Source: Candidatus Latescibacterota bacterium (lineage in GTDB: Bacteria > Latescibacterota > UBA2968). From it: a DNA stretch of 64,000 nucleotides. The position numbers were made by a program, and so were the translations under genes. The notes beneath the pieces were generated by a model. That model saw nothing but the letters and a program-made list of their open reading frames with translations. It did no database searches and had not been told where the DNA came from. The stretch is from assembly GCA_965204375.1 (NCBI GenBank), contig OZ241986.1, forward strand, positions 3,840,001 to 3,904,000. The letters run 5' to 3'. Positions 56,092 through 64,000 of the stretch are shown here, in pieces; the first letter of the stretch is position 1; each line of letters opens with the position of its first letter.

Positions 56092-57429
56092 ATGGGAGAC
56101 ATACTGATTGTCGATGGAAACCCGCAACGCGCAATGCAATTGGCGCAACTGGCAGAAGAACTGGGCACAAACGCGCGCATAGCGGGTTCTTTTTATCACT
56201 GCTTGAAACGTATAGAAGAAAAAATCCCCGACCTCGCCCTTGTCGCTGAAACCCTCCCCGACGGACGGGGATTAAAGCTACTTCCCGTATTTGATAATCT
56301 ATGCCCCGTCGTGATTGTGGGTGAATATATGGCATCTGACAGAATACTCGAAGCTTTGTCGTTGGGCGCACGCGATTTTCTCGTACATCCCATTGATCGG
56401 CAGACCCTGGATATTCTGATCTCTCAATTGCAGGTTGAGGGTAAAATCGCGCTGCACTATCTGTCTCAAAACCCCAGAAATGAGTCCCCCACGGGGATGG
56501 TGATTGGATCGTGTCCAGACATGTTACTCGCACTCAAGCACGCGGGCCTATCAGCGCGAACATCGGCTTCTGTCCTGATTTATGGAGAAAGTGGAACCGG
56601 AAAAGAGTTGATGGCACGAGAAATTCATCGGGCTTCTGGACGGTCGGGGACATTCGTAGCACTCAATTGTGCGGCAATAGCAGAAAGCATTGCCGAAAGT
56701 GAACTCTTCGGGCATGAGCGGGGCGCTTTTACCGGTGCCATAACCCGTCGGGCAGGGTGTTTTGAACAAGCCGATGGCGGCACGCTTTTTCTCGACGAAA
56801 TTGGTGAGGCTTCGCCTGCATTTCAAGCCAAGCTGTTGCGGGTCTTAGACCGCGGTGAATTTGTCAGAGTTGGCGGGCAATCACCCATACAAACGCAGGT
56901 TCGGGTAATTGCGGCCACCAACCGCGACCTCAATTCCATGATCGAACAAGGCGAATTTCGCCCGGATTTGTTTTACAGGCTCAGTGCCGTGACCATATCC
57001 CTCCCCCCTCTGCGAGAGCGCAGCGAAGATATTCCACACATTGTTCAGGCAATGCTAACGCGATTGAAAGCCGATGTGGGCGTGGAGGTTCAAGGGGTTT
57101 CTGAAGCGGCGGTTGCATATCTGGCAGGATGTGAATGGCCGGGGAATTTAAGGGAATTGCATCACGCCATTTACCGCGCAGCCCTGGCCTGTCAAAAAGG
57201 GGTAATTCGCCCCGAGCATCTCGATGTGCTCAGCCACACACAGTCCGGCGCACCAGACAAAATTGAAACCTTGAATGAAATTGAGCAGGCGCATATTGAG
57301 CGGGTGATGCTCGTCACTGGTGGCAATCAGGGGCGAGCCTGTGAGTTGCTCGGAATATCCAGACCGACATTGAGACGAAAAATACGCCGATACGCATTTG
57401 AAAGAGCAAAAAATGGTCAGGTGTGTTAG
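56092..57429 (+). CDS. NtrC-family sigma54 activator with an atypical receiver domain
   Basis: [28 protein letters not shown] and Fis-type HTH. Receiver reads [13 protein letters not shown]. Confidence 0.9.
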   Translation: MGDILIVDGNPQRAMQLAQLAEELGTNARIAGSFYHCLKRIEEKIPDLALVAETLPDGRGLKLLPVFDNLCPVVIVGEYMASDRILEALSLGARDFLVHPIDRQTLDILISQLQVEGKIALHYLSQNPRNESPTGMVIGSCPDMLLALKHAGLSARTSASVLIYGESGTGKELMAREIHRASGRSGTFVALNCAAIAESIAESELFGHERGAFTGAITRRAGCFEQADGGTLFLDEIGEASPAFQAKLLRVLDRGEFVRVGGQSPIQTQVRVIAATNRDLNSMIEQGEFRPDLFYRLSAVTISLPPLRERSEDIPHIVQAMLTRLKADVGVEVQGVSEAAVAYLAGCEWPGNLRELHHAIYRAALACQKGVIRPEHLDVLSHTQSGAPDKIETLNEIEQAHIERVMLVTGGNQGRACELLGISRPTLRRKIRRYAFERAKNGQVC

Positions 57430-57495
57430 ACCTTGACTTGGAAAAGAGTGCGACTCATACTATGATGAATACTCAATCTTTTTCAGGAGGTATGT

Positions 57496-58662
57496 ATGGG
57501 ATTTCTCATTGATCTGGTCTGCACAAAAACGGACAAAGCGTATTCAAAAGATCAGCTCTGGAATCTGAGTCCAGAGGCAGAGGCGCCGTTATTTGCCCGA
57601 TATGATCTCGATGCGGTTGCAAAAGCCATGCGCCGGGAAAAACTCGCAGAACGAGTACCGACAATGTGGCGTTATGCCGAAGTTTTGCCCGTCGAAAACG
57701 AGCAATTTCAGGTGAGTCTCGGCGAAGGGTTCACCCCCTTGTTGCAAGCAACATCACTGGGACGAAAAATCGGTGTACCAAAGCTGTACATCAAAGACGA
57801 AGGCTTAAATCCAACGGGATCATTTAAGGCGCGAGGCATGTCAGCGGCAATTTCAAGAGCAGCGGAATTGGGCGCTCAGGCCATTGCCATTCCCTCGGCC
57901 GGCAATGCAGGTGGCGCAACAGCTGCGTATGCTGCGCGAGCGGGCTTGCCAGCGCATATTTTTATGCCCAAAGATGTACCACAGGCCAATTACATCGAAT
58001 GCAAGGTCCTGGGCGCACACGTCGAATTGATCGACGGTCTGATTTCCGATTGCGGAAAAATTGTGGCGTCGCGCAAAGAAGCCGAGGGCTGGTTTGATAT
58101 CTCGACCCTGAAAGAGCCATACCGCGTAGAAGGCAAAAAAACAATGGGCTATGAATTGGCCGAACAATTTGATTGGGAATTGCCAGAAGTCATCATCTAT
58201 CCAACCGGAGGAGGCACGGGACTAATAGGCATGTGGAAGGCATTTGACGAAATGGAACAAATGGGATGGATTGGCCCAGAACGCCCCCGTATGATTTCCG
58301 TACAAGCGGCGGGATGCGCGCCCATTGTTCGGGCTTATCGCGCAGGAGATGAACACGCGGAACCCTGGATCGATCCCGAAACAATCGCCGCAGGTCTGCG
58401 CGTCCCCGCTGCCGTAGGCGACTTTTTGATGCTCAAAGCCATTCGCGAAAGCGGTGGGTGCGCGCTCTCCGTCACAGATGAAGAACTGATGGCATCCGCA
58501 TCAAAAATGGCTGTTGCCGTGGGATCATTTCCCGCACCCGAAGGCGCAGCCACCCTCTCCGCCCTCGAAAAACTCATCGCACAAAATCTGGTCAGCGACC
58601 GCGAGCGCGTCGTATTATTCAACACGGGGACGGGATTAAAATACATCGAACTATTTCAGTAA
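57496..58662 (+). CDS. thrC: Threonine synthase (PLP-dependent)
   Basis: LGEG.TPL, NPTGSFKARG, SAGNAG, EGKKT and PTGGG.G. Confidence 0.85.
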   Translation: MGFLIDLVCTKTDKAYSKDQLWNLSPEAEAPLFARYDLDAVAKAMRREKLAERVPTMWRYAEVLPVENEQFQVSLGEGFTPLLQATSLGRKIGVPKLYIKDEGLNPTGSFKARGMSAAISRAAELGAQAIAIPSAGNAGGATAAYAARAGLPAHIFMPKDVPQANYIECKVLGAHVELIDGLISDCGKIVASRKEAEGWFDISTLKEPYRVEGKKTMGYELAEQFDWELPEVIIYPTGGGTGLIGMWKAFDEMEQMGWIGPERPRMISVQAAGCAPIVRAYRAGDEHAEPWIDPETIAAGLRVPAAVGDFLMLKAIRESGGCALSVTDEELMASASKMAVAVGSFPAPEGAATLSALEKLIAQNLVSDRERVVLFNTGTGLKYIELFQ

Positions 58663-59970
58663 AACAGCATCTGCAGCCGCGTACCCGCTTCTGACAGCAC
58701 CTTCAATAGTCGGCGGCAATCCAGTATCTGTCCAATCGCCCGCGAGAAACAAACGGGGATGTGGCGTCCGGGTTTTGGGCACTGAATAAGAAAGTGGCAA
58801 CGCACAAGTCGCCGCGTGTTCGCATATCACTCTGGCTTGTAATACCTCGGCACGCCTACTTTCGGGAAAGACCTGATGAAGTTCTCTACAAGATAGGTCA
58901 ATAAGGTCTTCATTTGACATGTGTAAAAGATGATGCGCCGCAGATGCAACCATGGTGAGAAAGCCCTCAGAAGCGCGGTCATAGTCGCCATAGAGCACGG
59001 GCTTGTTAAAAACCCATTCCATTGTCGTACCGAGCAACCCGCACATGGGTTCACGCATAATGGGCCGATCAAACCACAAGTTGACGGAAAAAATCGGCGA
59101 TGGCTCGTATTGACAAAGCGTGTGATGGAGTTCGGCAAAAGTCGTCGCACAAATCATCTTGGCGAGTTGCAGCGGAGGAACCGCCGCAATACACATATCT
59201 GTGTCTATCACATCTCCTGATCGGATATGGATGCGAACGCCCGAAGGGGCAGGCACAATAGACGTCACAGCTTTTCCACACAGCACCTCACCATCCCGTT
59301 TTGAGATATATTCCCGTGCGCGATTCTCAAACAAACCGCTCAGGCCCGTCCGCGCATATCCCAAACGCGCACCATCCGGTTCACCCCAAAAAGCTTCTCG
59401 CAGCACGGCTTGAAGATATCGCGCACTGGCATTTTGCGGTCGCTGGTTGAGAGCCGCAATACAAAGCGGATCCCAGAAAGCCCTCCGCATGCGCGATTTC
59501 TGACCACAATGGTCGAGCCATGCATCCACCGTAAGACCGGTATCGAGATCTTTGGTCAACTCCGCTTTAATTTTTCTCAATGGCGGAATATCTGTCCAGT
59601 GAACCGCGCCAAATCGCAAAAAGCCAGACAGCAAATTTATCGGCGTGGGCAAAAAGGCTGGAAATCTCAATGTGTACGCGCCATCATCGGCGTGGCGAAA
59701 GTCTATTCTGAACTGAGGTTGAAACACCACATCGTCGCGTGCACCAATCCGCTCGAGAAAATCGAGCGTCTCCCGATAGCACTTCATCAACAGATGCTGC
59801 CCATTATCAACCGTATCGCCCGTAACGGGATCTGTAAATGAAAAGGTACGCCCCCCCAATTGCTGCCGCCGCTCCAAAAGCGTAACGGAATATCCCGCAT
59901 CGCAAAGGCGGACAGCTGCTGCAAGACCAGCAAATCCTCCCCCGATTATGGTCACGCGTTTCACAATCAC
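58651..59970 (-). CDS. hpnE: Hydroxysqualene dehydroxylase
   Basis: IIGGGFAGLAAA, DNGQHLL and LAGDWTDTGLP.TIEGAVRSG. Follows hpnCD. Confidence 0.9.
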   Translation of the reverse strand: MIVKRVTIIGGGFAGLAAAVRLCDAGYSVTLLERRQQLGGRTFSFTDPVTGDTVDNGQHLLMKCYRETLDFLERIGARDDVVFQPQFRIDFRHADDGAYTLRFPAFLPTPINLLSGFLRFGAVHWTDIPPLRKIKAELTKDLDTGLTVDAWLDHCGQKSRMRRAFWDPLCIAALNQRPQNASARYLQAVLREAFWGEPDGARLGYARTGLSGLFENRAREYISKRDGEVLCGKAVTSIVPAPSGVRIHIRSGDVIDTDMCIAAVPPLQLAKMICATTFAELHHTLCQYEPSPIFSVNLWFDRPIMREPMCGLLGTTMEWVFNKPVLYGDYDRASEGFLTMVASAAHHLLHMSNEDLIDLSCRELHQVFPESRRAEVLQARVICEHAATCALPLSYSVPKTRTPHPRLFLAGDWTDTGLPPTIEGAVRSGYAAADAVLLK

Positions 59971-60815
59971 CCCCAGGCGAAACGACTGCCCAGCCAATAG
60001 CGCAGCGCAATGCCCAGCTTGTGCAAATCGTTGAGGCGAATAGACGCACCAAAAACATCGTAATTGGCACGCTGGATCTTCACGAGCAACTGGGCATAAA
60101 TTTTGCCCATAATCTGCGCCGAAAACATGGCAGCCCGGTCCTCGGCGGGAAGCAATTCTTCGGCTGTTTGATAAAAGGTCCACGCGCGTTGCGCTTGAAA
60201 CCGCATCAGATCGATAAACGCGGCATTATAATCTCCCCGGGCAAGAGCCTCTTCCGGATATCCAAACCGCGCCATCTCTTCCTGCGGAAGATAAATGCGG
60301 TCCTGTTGCCAATCCGTATGCACATCTCGCAATATATTCGTCAGTTGAAGCGCGAGACCCAGATTGACGGCGTATTCGCGGGTCTGCGGATTGCGATACC
60401 CAAAAATTTCAATACAAATTAACCCCACAACCGATGCGACCCGATAGCAGTATTCGCGCAACTCATCAAACGTCGCATACCGATTCTTAGTCAAATCCAT
60501 CTCAACACCCTCAATAAGCGCCAGAAAATGCGCTTTGGGAATGGGAAAATCCCGCAAAACGCCCTGCAGATTCTGCGCGATTGGATGTGTAGCACTACCT
60601 TTATAGCAAGCGTGGAGTTGCTCACGCCATGCATCGAGGCGGCACCGCGCCTCTTCTGGCGAAGCCGCATCATCCACAATATCATCGGTATGCCGGCTAA
60701 ACGCATAAGCTGAAAAAATGGCCTCGCGTTTTTTCCGCGGCAAAAAAACAAAGGCGTAAAAAAAATTCGTTCGAGCGCCTCGCACGATTTTGGCAATGTG
60801 TTTTTTAAGGTTCAC
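59967..60815 (-). CDS. hpnD: Presqualene diphosphate synthase
   Basis: TNFFYAF..LP, DDIVD, YCYRVAS.VG and QLTNILRDV. Confidence 0.9.
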   Translation of the reverse strand: MNLKKHIAKIVRGARTNFFYAFVFLPRKKREAIFSAYAFSRHTDDIVDDAASPEEARCRLDAWREQLHACYKGSATHPIAQNLQGVLRDFPIPKAHFLALIEGVEMDLTKNRYATFDELREYCYRVASVVGLICIEIFGYRNPQTREYAVNLGLALQLTNILRDVHTDWQQDRIYLPQEEMARFGYPEEALARGDYNAAFIDLMRFQAQRAWTFYQTAEELLPAEDRAAMFSAQIMGKIYAQLLVKIQRANYDVFGASIRLNDLHKLGIALRYWLGSRFAWG

Positions 60816-61696
60816 GATTGGACGCCTCGAAAAAAAAGCGTTTTCAACAAAAGCGCGGGCAAATCGCGTTTTGTAATGGTGGGGCGTCGATGAAAAACAT
60901 CGCAATCATTATCGCGGATCTTCTTTAGAATATGCATGCCTCCCAAACAGGTCAACCGCAGTTCAAAACGCAATCGTCCCTTCACCATATCCAGCAGCGG
61001 ATAACCCTCTGCAAAAAGAGCCTGTGTACGATTGATAAGATGATCCAGAAGCTCGCAAAATTCCGGCGTAACGCGCTGATCGCGCAGATCTGAAATCCCC
61101 ACGCCAAACCGTTTGAGATCCTCCTGCGGGAGATACATGCGCCCGCGCGAAAAATCAATCGCAATATCCTGCCAGAAATTGGCGAGTTGCAACGCGCTAC
61201 ATATCGCGTCAGAATGCCGCGCATATCGCTCGCCGCGATACCCAAACAGATGGAGAATAAGCCGCCCCACGGGATTGGCGGAAAAGGTGCAATACGCCAG
61301 CAAATCCCGATAAGTCTGATGGCGATTGGTCGTCACATCCATGCGAAACGCCGTAAGCAAATCCCTGAGCAACTGCACGGGCAGGTCATGCACGCGAATC
61401 GTTTCTGCAAGCGCTGTAAATATCGGACCCGTGGGATCTGAAAGACACGCATCGAGCCGCGCTTCCCACTCAGCCAGATGATCGAGCCGCTCCTGCGCCG
61501 TCAAACCCGGCTCATCGGCAAAATCATCCGCTGTGCGCGCAAACGCATAGATACTATACACATGGGGCCGCACCCGTTTTGGAATGAGCACCGAGCCAAC
61601 CGGAAAATTCTCATAATGCGCGCGGGTCAGTGCCTCGCAATGGGCATAAGCCTCTGCAATCGCAATCCCGTGGGTTTTGTGTGCAATCTGTGACAT
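60812..61696 (-). CDS. hpnC: Squalene synthase HpnC
   Basis: HYENFPVGS, FARTADDFADE, SANPVGR and LQLANFWQD. Confidence 0.92.
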   Translation of the reverse strand: MSQIAHKTHGIAIAEAYAHCEALTRAHYENFPVGSVLIPKRVRPHVYSIYAFARTADDFADEPGLTAQERLDHLAEWEARLDACLSDPTGPIFTALAETIRVHDLPVQLLRDLLTAFRMDVTTNRHQTYRDLLAYCTFSANPVGRLILHLFGYRGERYARHSDAICSALQLANFWQDIAIDFSRGRMYLPQEDLKRFGVGISDLRDQRVTPEFCELLDHLINRTQALFAEGYPLLDMVKGRLRFELRLTCLGGMHILKKIRDNDCDVFHRRPTITKRDLPALLLKTLFFRGVQS

Positions 61697-61728
61697 AAGA
61701 TGAAGATACGACAGGGGGGTGGGAAAAT

Positions 61729-61797
61729 CAATATCGGGATCAGGATGGACAGGATGAAAGACAAATCCGCAGATAGACGCAGATGGACGCAGATGAA
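61729..61797. repeat. Partial CAGGAT-type repeat plus a GCAGAT triplet repeat
   Basis: GGGATCAGGATGGACAGGATG followed by CCGCAGATAGACGCAGATGGACGCAGATG. ACGCAGATGGACGC also occurs near 4762. Confidence 0.55.
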
Positions 61798-61946
61798 GAG
61801 GCAAAGCAAACACCGTCAGACGCGGTGTACAACTGGTCGATTTCCAGACCAGTTCACCAGAGCCTGCACTGTAGTGATTCTATCCAGTGATGGACAGGAT
61901 ACACCGCAGTAAGGAAATACATCATGAGAAAAGCACTATAAAAGAG

Positions 61947-61979
61947 AACGCCCCAGCATCGTTGTGCCGGGGCGTTTTT
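61947..61979. terminator. GC-rich hairpin, possible terminator
   Basis: AACGCCCCAGCA...TGCCGGGGCGTTTTT. Confidence 0.5.
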
Positions 61980-62078
61980 GAGTGTCGGGTAAATTTATTC
62001 TGGCCCCACGCTATTCGCGGTAGGAATGCTGTTCGCGGTAGGAATTTGGTACACGGTCATCGTCTATGTACTCGAAAC

Positions 62079-62561
62079 CTACGCTGGCACGTCCAGATTG
62101 GTGTTCCCACCAAGCTCCAGTTCTTTCAGGTTTTTCAGTTGTCTCAACGATGAAGGGATCGAACCCGATAACTGGTTATTCCCAAGCTGTAGTCTTTCCA
62201 GATTTGTCATCTTGCTTAACTCGACTGGAATCGGTCCCGATAGTTCGTTGTCGGAAAGCTCCAGATGTTCCAAGTTTGTCAGTTGTCCTAACTCAACAGG
62301 AATCTGCCCCGATAAATCGTTGTAGGAAAGCCATAGTTTTTTCAGGTTCGTCAGTTGTCCTAATTCTGAAGGTAGCGAGCCCGATAACCGATTCCTATGA
62401 AGCCTCAGCCCGGTCACTCGTCCGGTATCATTGGTCTCTACACCATACCACTCGCTGAGAGGTTTGTCGGTCTTCCAGTTCGTATTGTTGCGCCAATTCG
62501 CCCCATCGGTCGCATCATACAGTGCGATCAGTATCGCCCGTTCATCCTTTTCAATGCGCAT
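62079..62561 (-). CDS. Leucine-rich repeat protein (plant-RLK-like 24-aa LRRs with N-cap)
   Basis: AL.ALYDATDG.NW....NW.....L..WYGV, then about 4 LSG.IP.ELGQLTNL..L.L..N units. AGGAGG RBS. Confidence 0.88.
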   Translation of the reverse strand: MRIEKDERAILIALYDATDGANWRNNTNWKTDKPLSEWYGVETNDTGRVTGLRLHRNRLSGSLPSELGQLTNLKKLWLSYNDLSGQIPVELGQLTNLEHLELSDNELSGPIPVELSKMTNLERLQLGNNQLSGSIPSSLRQLKNLKELELGGNTNLDVPA

Positions 62562-62764
62562 CAATACATATCCTCCTTTTACTTCACTCACCTTACGAAA
62601 GCAATCACAAATAACCACCGCACAGACCAGAGCACTATAGTGAAGTAATTCAGTGCTACGCTTGTGCGGTGGTTGCTTTTGGTGAACATTCATCCAAATG
62701 ACTGCGTTGTGCTGCGATGCACTACTTATCACAATGATCCGTCGTATGGACTACATTCCCGACC

Positions 62765-63901
62765 TCACATAGCCCCATTAGCTATGAGAAATTGCATTAC
62801 TTCTGTGTCGCCTCTTCTCATAGCCCATTGAAGTGGTGTATCGCCTCCAATATCTCTCGCATTGACATTTGCGCCATTGGCGGTTAGAAATTCGACCGCT
62901 TTCAGGCGGCCTTTGCTTACAGCCTCGTGTAGCGGCGTGCTGACCTCCTTTGCATTGACATCTGCGCCGTTGGCAAGCAATATCTGCAAAGCCCTTGTAT
63001 AGCCCAAATAAGCAGCCCTGTGAAGTGGGGTTTCTCCGTCCGCATCTGTTGCATTGACATCTGCGCCATTCGCAAGCAGAAATCTGACCACTTCTATGTG
63101 GTCCCAATATATCGCTTTGTGCAGCGGGGTTTCCCCGTCTGCATCTGCTGCATTGACATCTGCCCCTTTGGCAAATAACATTTTGACAACTTTACCTTTG
63201 CCCCAATAGGCAGCCCTGTGAAGCGGCGTATTGCCTTTATTATCCTTCGCATTCACATCCGCGCCATTGGCAAGCAACACCTTGAAGACTTCCGGATTGC
63301 CCCAATAGGCTGCTCCGTGCAGCGGTGTATTGCCTTCATTATCCCGCGCATTCACATCCGCTTTTTTCACAAGCAAAAACGTGATCGTTTCCGGATTGCC
63401 CCAATAGGCAGCCTCGTGCAGCGGTGTATTGCCGACATAATTTTTTCCATTGACACCTGCGCCATTATCAAACAAAAACTTGACTGTTTGCATATCTCCT
63501 TTTTTTGCAGCGATGTGCAACGGCGTGTTGCCAACAGAATTTCTCCCATTGACATCTGCCCCATGCACAAGCAAAATCCCGGCCGTTTCTGTATCTCCTT
63601 TCCCGACAGCCTCGTGCAGTGGCGTATCGCCTTTATCATCCCGTGCATGAATATACGCCTTCGCGGCAAGCAGACACCCAACCGTTTCCAAATCGCGTCT
63701 ATCAACAGCCTCGTGCAGTGGCGTTCTGTCGAACTTATCCTTCGTATTGACCTCCTCGCCATTTGCAAGCAACTCCTTGAACCTTTTTGTATCTCCTTTC
63801 CTGACAGCCTCGTGCAGTGGCGTTCTGCCGAATTTATCTGTGTTGTAGCGTTTGTTTCTTCGCGTTGGTACAAAATTAGAAAGCGTCTTCTTCATAGACA
63901 T
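62765..63901 (-). CDS. Ankyrin repeat protein (11 repeats)
   Basis: 11 G.TPLH.A...G....V..LL..GA.VNA units. AAGGAG RBS before the ATG at 63901. Confidence 0.92.
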   Translation of the reverse strand: MSMKKTLSNFVPTRRNKRYNTDKFGRTPLHEAVRKGDTKRFKELLANGEEVNTKDKFDRTPLHEAVDRRDLETVGCLLAAKAYIHARDDKGDTPLHEAVGKGDTETAGILLVHGADVNGRNSVGNTPLHIAAKKGDMQTVKFLFDNGAGVNGKNYVGNTPLHEAAYWGNPETITFLLVKKADVNARDNEGNTPLHGAAYWGNPEVFKVLLANGADVNAKDNKGNTPLHRAAYWGKGKVVKMLFAKGADVNAADADGETPLHKAIYWDHIEVVRFLLANGADVNATDADGETPLHRAAYLGYTRALQILLANGADVNAKEVSTPLHEAVSKGRLKAVEFLTANGANVNARDIGGDTPLQWAMRRGDTEVMQFLIANGAM

Positions 63902-64000
63902 TTGCTCCTTTGATACAATTTGATCGTGCAGGCACACCACAACGCAATCATTCAGTGAATCGTTCTGGACAAACCCCTGCATATTCAATTGTCAAAGAAC

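Noticed and set aside
57496-61696. thrC convergent on and overlapping hpnCDE
   Set aside because: Well-known housekeeping genes with a short convergent overlap; nothing unusual.
62014-62045. TTCGCGGTAGGAAT repeated twice
   Set aside because: Only two copies with a 4-nt spacer; not CRISPR-like and no cas genes.

Overview
Bacterial 64-kb window. The lifestyle guess is an inference only: the mix of many sulfatases, PhyH dioxygenases, Rpn, ankyrin, LRR and Fn3 proteins resembles sponge-associated Latescibacterota/Poribacteria-like genomes. Layout: (i) 1-10.3 kb is a minus-strand defence island: AAA-DUF4143, type I RM hsdR-hsdM, Rpn, hsdS split by an IS1380 element, and a partial YhcG/DUF1016. 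The rpn-hsdS block is bracketed by a 23-bp direct repeat of the hsdM 3' end. (ii) 10.5-37.3 kb is a catabolic region with 7 sulfatase-family and 7 PhyH-family Fe/2OG genes, three of which carry a halogenase-like HxG motif. It also contains a TusA-DsrE-(TusA::MetE-like)-cupin sulfur-relay module, TA modules, an IS5 element and an AT-rich Mrr-like islet. (iii) 37.3-39.6 kb has a HEPN-motif protein ending in a Doc-antitoxin-like tail, coupled to a Doc toxin. (iv) 39.6-62 kb holds core/envelope genes: ExeA-like ATPase, GT2, TonB-ExbBD, ECF sigma/anti-sigma, RND pump, RDD, Fn3 lipoprotein, sigma54 activator, thrC and hpnCDE. (v) The window ends with LRR and ankyrin genes. No rRNA, tRNA or CRISPR array was seen. 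All family calls come from motif recognition by eye, not from database searches.
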